Of a DNA stretch of 64,000 nt, positions 13,011-25,300 are shown one piece after another. Both the position numbers and the translations under genes were made by a program. How positions within the stretch are numbered: the stretch's first letter is position 1; each line of letters starts with the position of its first letter. The notes under the pieces were generated by a model. The model was not told the origin of the DNA. It was given only the letters and a program-made list of their open reading frames with translations, and made no database searches. The DNA is from Intoshia linei (lineage: Eukaryota; Animalia; Orthonectida). The stretch is taken from positions 4,435 to 68,434 of the forward strand of contig LWCA01000042.1 of NCBI GenBank assembly GCA_001642005.1, read 5' to 3'.

Positions 13011-14006
13011 AATTAAAAAAAAAAAAATTATTCTGATAGAGAGTATACCATTTAATATAAATACAATATTTCAATCCCAGAAGTCTATGCATTCCCAGTG
13101 AAAAACCTTTATATTATAATATAAAACTATACAATAATTTTAAATTATGATCAAATTAGTTTCTATAAAAAGCCACATAATAGAATGACTAAATTGGAAA
13201 AAGAAAATATTAGATTTACCGAAAAGTTTTCCAATTATTACAAAATCTGTACAACAAATTTGCTGCAACTATCAAAATAGTAATTTTGTTAAACAATATA
13301 CAAAATCTAAAATTAAAATTTGAATTAACAAAATGACCTCAACCAATAAAAATGAATTTAACGAAAGCAAGTCAACCATGGAATTAGTAAACAAAACAAA
13401 TATTACAATTAAACTACAATAAACTTTCAATTGTTATAAATACTTTTGAATTTGTCATATAAACAGTTGCCTAGAGGTACAAGATATTTGTATTGTATTT
13501 ATTTGATTGTGCGATTAATTGCTAATGAAACATTGCAACAAAGCTAAAAGAAGACTAATTGTGAAATGTCCAAGAAAATTAAATTCAAATTAATACACAA
13601 TTGCGTCCAGAAGGAAACTATTGGATTAATTTTGTTTGAATGCAACAAAAACATGCCTACAAGTAAAAGATATTGCAAAAGATATTTGTGTGAATTTTAA
13701 AAACCCAAGAAAAATGATGGGTAAAACTGACATTTTAAAATGTAAAATTGATAATTAAATGATGGTTTCAGCGAAAAATTATATAATTTACAAAATGATG
13801 TAAAACAATAACGATAAAATATGACTAAATATAATAACAATAGTATTTTATTGGAATTTTGCAGCTCATGTTTACAGTTACTTGGTTATACGAACAATAA
13901 AAATGGTAATATTAAATAATATGTTTTTGTATCTATAGATTTTTTAATAATAAACTTGTATTCTGATATTTTAGAAATAAAATTTTATGAGTTAAAAATT
14001 TTATTG

Positions 14007-17000
14007 ATGATGAAAAAGTCTAACATTATTATAAATTACACATTGGGTGCTGTTACTGATCCTGTATTTCATACATTGTTTTTTTACATTTGATATTGTT
14101 TATAACAAATAATATTTTAATTTTAGAAGGATATGGATGTTCGTTTGAGCAGTTTTCAAAAAAAAAAAATGCATTCTCGCATTAGAACTTTGGAAGATGC
14201 GGAAAAGGATCTTAGAAACGACATTCAGAAATTGGAATTACGACAAACTTCTGATGAGTCAATTATGTGCATTCTTAATCAATATTGGAATCGAGTTTGT
14301 TTTTGATTTTATTTATTTTATTGTGCTTTGTTTTATTTTTGATATTATATTTTTTAATTTTAATATTTTATATAAATTTTTCATTTTTTATGTTTTAAAA
14401 TTAAATTAAAATATTTTTTATTTAACTGGATATTTAAGGATATAATTATTTATTTATTACTATTATCGAAATATACGAATGGTGTATTATATTTTATATT
14501 TGACGAGTTACGAGTGAGTCTGATGTAATCTTATTAGATTAACTATATCAGTAATTTAAAGGATTTATTGGAATTTAGTGGGAGAAATATTTGTGATAAA
14601 TATAAATATATCAGAAAAATTTTAATTGATGGAAGCGGTTTGCCGTAAGGCCTAGGTCAGCGGTTCCCAAACTTTTTTGTTGTGGACTACTTGGCATAAT
14701 AATGAAAATGACATGGTCTAAAAATTGTTTAACTATAATTAATATGGTTATAATATAATTTTTTTAATATTAAAATGTAATTAATATATTACAATTATTA
14801 TTAGTTACTAATAATTAGTATGAGAATTTATGAGAAGTATGAATTTTTTCACATTTTTTTTGAATTATTAACTTATACCTAGTAGTATAATCTGATAATG
14901 CACATCTAAGATCTTCCTCAACTTTCAATTTATTTCTGTTTTTGGTTTTTATGCTGCATAAAGCAGAAAATCCTATTTCACATAAGTATGTACTTGAAAA
15001 AGGGATTTAAACTTTTAAAGCAGCATCGTATAGTTTTGAATTTTTTCATGAAATTCAATTCCAGAAATATTCAATTGGCTTCGATTTAAATATATCTTCA
15101 TGATAACTGTTATTCTGTAATTCCAAAGGTTCTTGTAAATTTATATCAACTTCTTTTAAATTACAAATAAAAGGGTTGCGACATACCTTCATTAACACAT
15201 CAATGTCTTCAAATGGGAAATATTTAACAAATTCGGCATGTAATATATCCAAAGGATTAGTGATTTTATTTTTAACATCATTGAGAATACTGTTTCCATC
15301 AAGACAAGAATTCATATTAGGAAACATTATTGTTATGTTCACATTAATGCGATATTTATATAATCGCAATTTAGCCAAAAAATAATTGGTTAAATCTTTA
15401 TGCTTCATAAGATTTGATTTTTTTCCTTGCATTTTTCGATTTAAACTATTACACATTTATAAAAGATCAACTACATATCCTATATAAACATTGTCAGAAT
15501 TAAACGTTGATGTTAATGAACTACCTTTTTTATCAAGAAATCCTTTAATTTCTTCTAAAAAAAACGAGTTCAAAAATTTCCAAGAATTTCATTATTAGAA
15601 AAATATCTACAATATGCTAACAATCATGAATTTGAAGAACCATCTTGTGTCTCATCTAATTGTGGAGAAAATTTTATAAAATTCAAATTAGATATTGTCT
15701 GATCATTAATATCATGAGAAATGTCACTAATTCTTCTTTTTACAGTATTATTTGATAATACAATTTTGTCAACTTTTTGAGCCGACGATTCTCCAAAAAG
15801 TATTTCCACAAATTTTTTAGTACATGGAAGAATCAAATTTTTGCCAATGGTATGTTTTTCTTTAGCTATCATGTATGATACGTTATAAGAAGCTTCGACA
15901 TATTTTAAATCACTTTGAAAAAAATTAGTAGCAGTTGTTTTTAATCGTTTTTGATTTCTAACAAGGGCCTCAAAGTAGGAAGGTTCCATATTCATTAATT
16001 CAGGATGTATTTTAGTAAGGTGGTTTTGTAATTTTGATGGATTCATTAACGAATTTCTTAATTCTTTCAAACAAACCAAACATTTTGCAATCTCATATTT
16101 ATTTAACGTTATATAAGTAAAACCAAATTTGATGTAGTCACAGTTGTATTTCCTCTTTAGGCTACTATTTTTAGACATAATTAGTAATTGTTATCGGATA
16201 AATCAACAAACGTCGGCAAACAAATTCCGGAGACTCAAGTACCGCTTTAGTCAATACCATATATAATATGTTAGCATGTTTGACAATACTCGACAACGTA
16301 GTCGGTGTACAATACTTGGTATTCATGGGTGATGATAGTCTCTTTAGGGTTGATGACGAATTCGTTTCTCAACATGGTGTACGTAAATAAGCGACGTATT
16401 ATAACTTCTCTGCAAAATTCATTATCATTATTAATTTCTAATACAATTTTTTTCTGTAAATAAGCTAACCTATCAATCTCTTTACTACCTTGACTATTGT
16501 GCAATAATAATTTATTACATTGGTAGAACCTATATGTACCTATATATATCTAATACATCATTATTGATGTAATTCAATTACTCAGGACTTTCTACTTTTT
16601 CCTTTTCATACATCATGTTTTTAACATATTTTTCCAAAAGTTTTTTTAAGTTTACATATTTTTCGTTTCCAAACAGACTATTTTTTTAAACCTTTTTAAT
16701 TCTTCTTGAAAAGACAGTCCTGGAACCTCCAAGAAGGCTGTCTCATCAATTGATACTGTTAAATAGTAGTAGGCACTGCTCACACGTCCCTTTGAGTGAG
16801 GACATGTAAACAATGCGCTAATTAGATCGAACATCTTATCAAGCAACATTAATAATTTATTTGTTTAATTATTAAGATAATATGTTTCTTTTCCTATTTT
16901 AACACATGGAGGGTTCTACACTGAGTTTTTTAAGAGTATACGACATTCCGTCTAAATGTTTATGAACAGTATTTGTTGATACATTTAATTTATCATCAAA

Positions 17001-20000
17001 TTTGTGAACATCTCAAATGGATGAGGAATTGTAGATCCTATTACTGCTTTGCTCCACGACATGTGTCTTAGATCGTCACAATATGTTGCTGTGAATCTCC
17101 AACAATTCCTTCAGTTTGTATTACGACCAGCAGTCAGTCTGTTGCTAGATTCTTCAGAGTTAATGATTTTTATATATACGTTTTTTGGAAATTTCCTAGA
17201 AAATATTAATTTGATTGTCTTAGAATTTTGGATTAATCCACATATAGTGTCTGAATATCCATACAGTTTGGATTGAAACAATTCTGATATGAATCTCGGG
17301 AAGAAAGGTGTCACATATGACAGGTATTGTACAAAGTTGCTTTGGTCTTTAAATGTAGGGTCCAAACTTCCCTGAATTTCCTTGTTTTTTATCGAGGATC
17401 TTCTTGCTTCTATGCTTTTCCGAACTTAATCTTTTATAAGATTTAGAGTACTTGGAGCATTTATAAGATTAAGACCTGATGGATTGTTTATCAATTTTAA
17501 CATATCGGAGAATCTATACGTCTTTATCCTACATGATCCGGCTGTCAGTGATAGTACCTTACAATACTTGCATGTAGTATTTTCATATACAGACTTCCAA
17601 AAGAATACTTTCACAGACCGGGTCTGGAAATTGCGTAATTAAAAATCTGGTCAATGCTGCTCTCTCGGGCTTCCTATACCAGGGTCTAAGAACAAGAAAA
17701 AGTTAACTAGTGTAGATATTGTGCCTTGTATTACATCCATATAATTGCGTTTTAATGCTTGGGTAAATGTCAGGAACTTGTATATGCTTCTATTACCGTA
17801 CATTACGTATAGTATTATGCTTTTTAACATGTTCTCGCTGGTTTGACATATTGTTAAGCACGTTGTACTAATCGTAGATATTATATTCGCAGCTGTCAAG
17901 ACTTGATCATTCGGAGTGAGTCCAACTTTTCCAAATCTCGTAGGTTCTGTCCTTAGCATTAATTGTATATATAATATTATTTTCTCATATACTAGCAAAT
18001 TCGTCGATGAATATGTCTCGTCTGCTTTAATCGTCAACCCTAAATAGCTTGCCCATCTTTTAATTGCGTTAATAAGCGACTTGTATGTCTTGTATGACAC
18101 ATTTGTTTGTTTTATATCACCGTGCTTCTTGTTTCACCTATTAGATTTGGTGGTAAGTGATAAGTAGGACAGATCACTTGGTTATCACCTAGTGCTAAAA
18201 CCTGCACTTTGACATTTCTAGTAGCACACTCCTTTTCTTTCATTAACAAGCTGACAATGCTCCATCCGTTTTGTTGTAAGCCTTTATTTCCACTTAACTG
18301 GCTGTTCCATGCCAATCTAAAAGGAATTCTCAAAGAATTCGTGAGTTCTTTTGACAACATTAGTAAATCCGAATGATCTGTATTAGACTTTAAATATGAT
18401 AGCTGTAGAATCGTACCTTTGATGATTGTTCCATTTTTCATAATCCAAATGGTATGCAAAAGTGATTAAAATATTATTGGAGTTTCCATGTCCATGTCCA
18501 TGTCCAGGTACACATTTTATTTTTTTGAATAATCGGTTAAGATTGTCAATGATCCGAATAGTGGTGCAATGAATAACCAAAATTTACTTTAATTCATTTA
18601 TTTTTAAATGTGGTTATGGTTGATTTTTTCTATCTGTACAATTTTTGTCATTTGTCAAGAATTTATGCAAAATTTTGATGAAAATTATCATAATTATATA
18701 TGGAAAAATTTAAAATAATTTCATTATCAATGTGAAATGTAAAGTCAAATTAATTTAACAATTGACTCCATTGAATTAGAAATTTGCATGAGATTTGAAA
18801 ATAATTAAATTTTAAGGAGTAGGATTATGATCCAACATGAGATAACTATGTTGATAATATTAATCAAGTATATTTTAATCTTGCATTAATCTCAAGTTTT
18901 ATTATAAATATATTTTGGACTTTTTTAACATTGATAGATTAATTTTAATTTTTTTTAATTATACAAGATAAAATTTTCTTTCATCTAAAAAATTGTATTG
19001 CTTTTTATTTAAACTAGTATTATTTATTTAGGTTTACACTGATTTGAACATATTTTTAAAACGCTTTATCAATAATGAAAATGAACTAATGGATTCTGAT
19101 ACATTCTTAAATCACAATTCAATATCAAACATTTCTGAAGAAGACATTAAAACCATTATGGAGAATCGCTATCATAAAGTAAGTACCCTCCTAGACCAAC
19201 TTACACCTCTATTGGTCAAAAACATGCTCAACAATTCCTTTAAGGGTATGTTCACTATTATTATTATTTTAAAATCAATATTTTGTAGGTGATTCTTCTC
19301 TCAGTGATACAGACAAGGAAGAAAATGTTACATCATTTTACAACGATCAAAACCAAAATTTACAAAAGCTGAACAATGAACTACACCAATTGAATAGTCA
19401 ACTAAGAATAGAAGTATATAATTGTTAAATTTTTATATATTTCATATTATAGAATTCACAATACATTTTGGAGAAAAATAAAACGGATAATGAAATTGAG
19501 GGTTTAAAAAATAAAATGGAAAGCATGGAAGCAGATTTAGATAGATCCAACGAACTAATATCCAGATTAGAATTTTCAGTTAGGCAGTTTTCAGAATCTA
19601 ATAATTTAAATACTCAAACTACTAATTCAAACGAAAAAAATGTAAACTTGAAATCAAACTCCAAAGATTCAGATTCCGCTGTAGGTGACGTACATCATGA
19701 TTTGGAAGACTTGAAGGAATTGGCTGAATCTCGTCAAAATGACATACAAAATTATCAAAAGAAAATCATCAATCTATTGAAAGAACGAGATGAAGCAAAC
19801 AACAAAGTTTTTATGTATGAATCTCAAATTAGTAAAGATGAAAAATACCAACAATTGTGCCATTCATATACTATTCTTCAAAAGGCTTTAATTAAAAAAA
19901 ATGACGATTTTAATAATTATATGGTAGTAAGCAAAAGAAAACACGATAAAGTGACTAATGACATGTTGAACATGGAGAAGAGTCATTTATCATCAATTTT

Positions 20001-21965
20001 ATCCATGTATCATCATTTTATAGAATACGAAGACAACAAAATAGACATGGAGGCTAAATGTAACGAATTGACTCGTTTCCTGGAAGCATCGGTTACAAAT
20101 GCTGCTAAAAATGACGAACTTTTTAAGGAATTGAATATTATACTTAAAGGAACGCGCACCATGATTAATGTTTACAGAATTGAAAATAAAAAACTTCGTG
20201 GTAGATTCTATAATATGAGAGAATTGTATAATAAACAAAATAAAACTATAGAAAAATTAAAATATGTGCAAATTCAAAATACCCAAAAACCTAATCATAT
20301 TTCTCAAAACGTAAAACCCAACATTAAGCACATTGCTCAGCCTGTACCTCCAGTAGATGCCAGTACTCTTAAAAATTTAGAAGCTGTTCAAAATCACATT
20401 TCCAATGATCACCCAGATATTGTAAAAACTGAACATGTAAACCAATCCTCAAACAAACATGCACATAAATCTGAATTTACACCTTATATAACAAAAATTC
20501 AAAACTATGAACAGGAACTAAGAGAAATTAAGGGTAAATATCGAAAATGCATGGAAAACCTAAACGAACTAACCAGAGTCCTGAATGATTCAAAATCAAC
20601 TATACCTGAAAAGGAATTGGCTATGCGGCTTGCTCACGAAGAATCACTCAAAAGAGAAATTGACTATCAAAGAGTTGATTTTAAGCAAAAAAAGCGTAGC
20701 CTAGAAGAAGAATACCAGAAAAAATTAAAAAAAGAGCAAAATTCCTCCTTCATGAACAAAAATTCCCACCATCCATTGTACAATAATTTAAATGAAGAAC
20801 TTATAGCAACATCCGAAGCTCTTGAATGTTTAGAAGTTCAAAATATAGAGTTTGTCAAAAAATTTCAAGTTGTCAATGAAATGTACACAAAATTAGAATC
20901 TGAACAATCCCGAGTCAATCAAAACGAAATTTTAACTCGAGTCGAGAAAGAAAATTCCAAATCAGCAATCGAAAAACTTCGAAATGAAATTGACAACCAA
21001 AATAATACAATTCACGCGTTTCGTACAAATGAAATTAAACTTAACGATAAAGTCAGTACCTATGAAAAAGTCATTATTGAAAAAAATGATTTAATCGACA
21101 TGTACACTAGAAAACTTATTGAATATAACCAAGAAATTGAAAATTTAGGAAGGGTAAATCGATCTATTTCAGCTGAATTGGCTATTTCACAACATTCTCT
21201 TACCTCTAAAACTATTATGCTAGAAAAGCAAATCTTTGAAAATGATAAATTGAGGGTATGTCTATTTAATATTCATAATTTGTTTTATTTTTTAGTTGAC
21301 GGTTTAAATTGTAAGCGTGGCATTTTTTGTTTAATGTTATTTTGTTTTATTGCATTTTAAAATGTGTAAATAAAAAAATTAAGATCCCTGTTAATATTAA
21401 AAATAAAAAGTGTGCTAACGTTTACTATTGATTGATAATTGATACAAAATAGGGCATCTAAACATGAAATTAAGAGAGGTATTTATATTTATGAATACAC
21501 CCACTGTATCTGAGATGACTGCTTGGTCACTCGAAAACTTTTGGTCAAAATTTTTGATTTGGTGTAATTAACTTTTAAATTATGCCAACAATTAAACCCT
21601 TTACTTTGTATTGGTAAAAAACTATAATATCTAAATTTAATGAATTCAATTTTAGGAAGAATGTAAAATAATGAGAAGAAAATTGAGAAGATTCCTAAAT
21701 GGTGGTATTAACGATAAACAACTGTTAGATGAAGAATTACGTGAATATAAGGTATTTTTAGTAGTGATCAATTTAAAAAATAATTTAGGATATTTTAACA
21801 TGCCCATCGTGCAAAGTTCGTAAAAAAAATTGCATTTTAACCAAATGTTTCCATGTATTTTGCTACGAATGTATGAAAATGCGCTACGACTCCAGACAAA
21901 GAAAATGTCCGAAATGTAACGCGCCTTTTGGAGCGCATGACTATAATAGAATTTATTTAACTTAA
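14007..21965 (+). CDS. BRE1: E3 ubiquitin ligase BRE1 (H2B monoubiquitination). Exons 14007-14063, 14127-14294, 19032-19245, 19289-19413, 19453-21255, 21656-21751, 21789-21965
   Basis: N-terminus [11 protein letters not shown]...[28 protein letters not shown]|[12 protein letters not shown] matches RNF20/40 ([40 protein letters not shown]). Long coiled coil follows, then C-terminal [45 protein letters not shown]. All junctions are GT-AG and in phase. Confidence 0.93.
14658..16200 (-). mobile_element. Buster/Charlie-type hAT transposon (ZBED5/ZBED8/SCAND3-like transposase), internally deleted, 5' end missing
   Basis: TIR cagcggttcccaaacttttt at 14658, preceded by gccTAggt (Buster nnnTAnnn target). 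Transposase motifs: [49 protein letters not shown], and C-terminal [24 protein letters not shown]. Stops and frameshifts present. Confidence 0.9.
16950..18600 (-). pseudogene. Endogenous viral element: rhabdovirus-like (Mononegavirales) L RNA-dependent RNA polymerase fragment
   Basis: Collinear motifs across frameshifted ORFs: [14 protein letters not shown] (motif A), GLQQNGWSI (B), [14 protein letters not shown] (C, GDN), [10 protein letters not shown] (D), [33 protein letters not shown], and [32 protein letters not shown]. Each parallels vesiculovirus L as I recall it ([95 protein letters not shown]). Confidence 0.95.
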
Positions 21966-22329
21966 TTTTGTAAACCAATACTGTACAGTACTATTGTAAT
22001 ATAGATTTTACGAATAAAATTTAATTTGTACAAATTATAATTTAAACTAAATATTTTTATTGATTGGTTATAAATTTATGTGACAAGTACAAATATAACC
22101 GAAATCCCTAATTATCATATAAATGAATGTTAATCAAAATTTGTTCTCACGCTTATACATGAACTTCATAATGTGTTTACCTTTAGTAGCGACTTGTCCG
22201 TATATCAAATCATCTGTCTTATTTATATTATTTAGAAATACATCGTAATTAGCAGTGTTGAGTTAATTTGTATTATTCTTTTTAAATTTATTTAAACGAA
22301 TAATGAACGTTAAATTTGAGTCCAACTAA

Positions 22330-25300
22330 ATGGAAAATTTCAAAAAGATATCTCGGCATTTGGGATTTTTAAAAAAAGATCAAGTACCAACTGAAACTAA
22401 TTTAAATGTGAACGACGACAAAGATCCCAATCCTTCGCAGCTTAAAATGTTGGAAAATACTTGCTTGAATCCTGAACCAGTACACGAAACTGTAACTAGG
22501 GTCACGTGGAGCAAAAAAATTGACTTTTTGTTGTCTGTCATAGGATTTTCAGTGGACCTTGGAAATATTTGGAGATTTCCATACATTTGTTACAGAAATG
22601 GAGGAGGTAACATATTTTAACATTTCAATTTTAATTTAATGTATCTGCTTTTGATACTTTTATATTTAATTAATTTTTTAATTTCGACAGCTGGCATTCA
22701 AAGTTTTTTATTAAATTTATTCTTTTGTTTTTCTTTATTCAGTTTTTAGTTTAACTAAATTTATAAACATTTGTTCATAGGGTAAGTTTAGAAAATACCA
22801 TTCAATATACATTGCATTTGATATTTAAATCTTGTATTACATTTATTTACATTTTTTTTAAATTTTAGTCAATTTCTCATGAATCGTTTAAGATTAATGT
22901 TTATATGTCAATGTTAATGCTTATTTGATTTATAATTCATATTGGATAATGGATTTTTTAATATTTCGATGGATTTATTATTAAATCTATAATTATTATA
23001 TAATTTTATCATAATTATCGTGATATAATCGGTTAACCTATAATATAAAATTACTCTGTATTAATTGTAGTTTTGTTTTACTATTTACATTCAAAATTTA
23101 ATAATACAATAAGAGTTAAAAAATATATAATATACCTTGAGGTATTTTTATGTGTAACGTTTTTAGAGTTTTTAAAATTACTTTTTAAAATTTTTTTTAC
23201 TTCTCCAGTAGGTATGGTAACTTTATATCCCATTCTTTTAACAATTTTAAACGTATTATTCAATCCTTTAAAAATCTCAAAAAAAAATTATCTGTTGAGA
23301 TTATCCATTGAAAAATGGACACTGTCCATTCGACAGACCCAGTTTTTAGATATTATAATAATAGCAGTAGATAATGATTCATTATATATTTAATATGTAA
23401 TGTATATATTATGCATCAAAAATGAATCAATTGTATAAACGTGCTAAATCAACATTTAGGAGCTTTTTTGGTGGCTTATGTAATAATGCTTATTTTTGGA
23501 GGACTGCCTCTATTTTATATGGAGCTTGCATTAGGACAAGTGCAACGTACCGGTTGTATATCTGTATGGAAAAAAATTTGTCCCATGATGAAAGGTATTC
23601 AAATTAGTTTTAAAATTTAGAGATTTATCAATTTAAGAAAATAAAAGAATAGTGACAAATTCTGTAGGGATGTCTGACTTCATGAATTTTTTAAAAATGT
23701 ATTATTATTCAAGTGTAGAGATTTAAGAGACAAAATTAAGTATAAAACTTTTCACAAAATTCTAATTTTTATGTCAAGTTTATGCAGTTAAAATTTAGTT
23801 CCAATTATGTGCTCTGCATAATTATCATTTTGGGGTATATGATCTTTTAAATTGATTGTTTATAAACTAATTATAATTATAAAATAATAATAAATAAAAG
23901 GTACTATTTTTTATTATGTTGTGCTTTGAAATATACTAATATTAAGTGTTACCATTATTAGGTATATAAATATACATTTTATGAGATTTATATAAGTCAG
24001 GATTTCCATTTTTAATACAATTTATTAGTAACGAATTCTTTAAGTTTTTCAGATTTTTATATAAATTTACTTTAACCACCATTTACCAAAATCGACAATT
24101 CAAAATTTTTGTTTAATAAAATTTTAATAATAATAGAATCTAGTTTCTAAGAAACTGCTAACCGATTTAGTATATATCATAATATAGTATTATAATACAT
24201 TTTACTATACAGTAGTTTAATGAAAATGCTGAAAACAAAATTTTGTTTAAATTTTTATCTAAAATTAGTTTTGTTGTTCGTGAATTCTCTATTTCGCCAT
24301 ATATTTACATGTTCTCTATATAAATGAATGAATTTCACCACATTGTTCGCAAATCTATTTTTTTTATGAAAAATTTTACTTTATTAACCAAGGGGGGATC
24401 AAAGCATGATAACATTTTATGGATTTATTTTGCAAAATTGATGGCGAATAACTAAGATTTGTATAAAAATTATAAGAAATATATTTTTTGAGTGAATAAC
24501 TTAATTGGTTAATTTTAAGGCTCATATATTGAAGATTGCAGCTAAATATTGTATATAATTATAATATTATTTTATATATACACTCGTTGACCGTTATGTA
24601 TTACATACAAACAGGACCTAGCTCTGCAGAGGGCACATTTTTATTATACCAAAAAAATAAATCATATCACATTACTTTTTACTTTAAAGTGAATTATTCC
24701 ATCTTAATTTTTTTTAACATTTGAGATTGAAAAATTGCGTATCCATAAAAAAAATTTCGAAGGAATAAATTATATAGATTTTCACCCAAATTTCTTTATT
24801 GGAAATGTGTAGACGTTCAATGCACATCTTTTTTGAAATTGTAGGATCAATATTTACCTTTTCAATTTTTATTTTAATCAAAATATTTGAAAAATATTGG
24901 TTGATAATATGTTAAAAATTATTTTTCACCGAGAATGCGTAGATTTCAGGGATTGAAATTTTGTATGTATATCAACTGGAATAAGCTCTATCAGAATTTT
25001 TTTTTTTTTTAATTTTCGGACCTTTAATTATTTCATATTTTTTGTTTTAATAAAACATTTCGAATAAAAAATTATCAATACTAAAATCCTTTTTTGACCG
25101 TGAAGTCATCACTTATTCGGATTGAAATTTTTTGTGTGTATTAACAGGATACAACTGTATCACCTGTAATTTTTTTGAAATTTTAGGGCTGTTACATAAA
25201 AAAAAGGTAATTCGTGATTTTGGCTTTGAAGATATATTTTTTTTAAATTTAAATTTATGATAATGTCTATGATTTTAAAATCCGTATCAGCGTATATATT

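Noticed and set aside
13170-13830. Possible decayed non-LTR reverse transcriptase (LPRG..LFDCAIN..IGL)
   Set aside because: No YADD-like motif or sustained frame; too degenerate to support without an HMM search.
15041-15050. CATGAAAAAA on the minus strand resembling a rhabdovirus transcription stop signal
   Set aside because: It lies within hAT transposase sequence, has only six As, and is expected by chance at this AT content.
18484-18508. (tccatg)x3 repeat as an EVE junction scar
   Set aside because: It encodes GHGHGHG at the position of the GQG preceding motif A, and L-like sequence continues beyond it. More likely slippage within the EVE.
16950-18600. Intact, expressed (domesticated) viral polymerase
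   Set aside because: Multiple frameshifts and stops interrupt the RdRp core, so any function would have to be at the RNA level.
21652-21978. 108-aa minus-strand ORF, and similar antisense ORFs at 4338, 19999, 22380, 37546 and 54519
   Set aside because: These are shadows of real exons on the opposite strand.
23073-23393. Hydrophobic intronic/intergenic ORFs (also 32018, 41517, 45561, 46227)
   Set aside because: F/I/L/K/N-rich products expected from AT-rich noncoding DNA, with no motifs or splice support.
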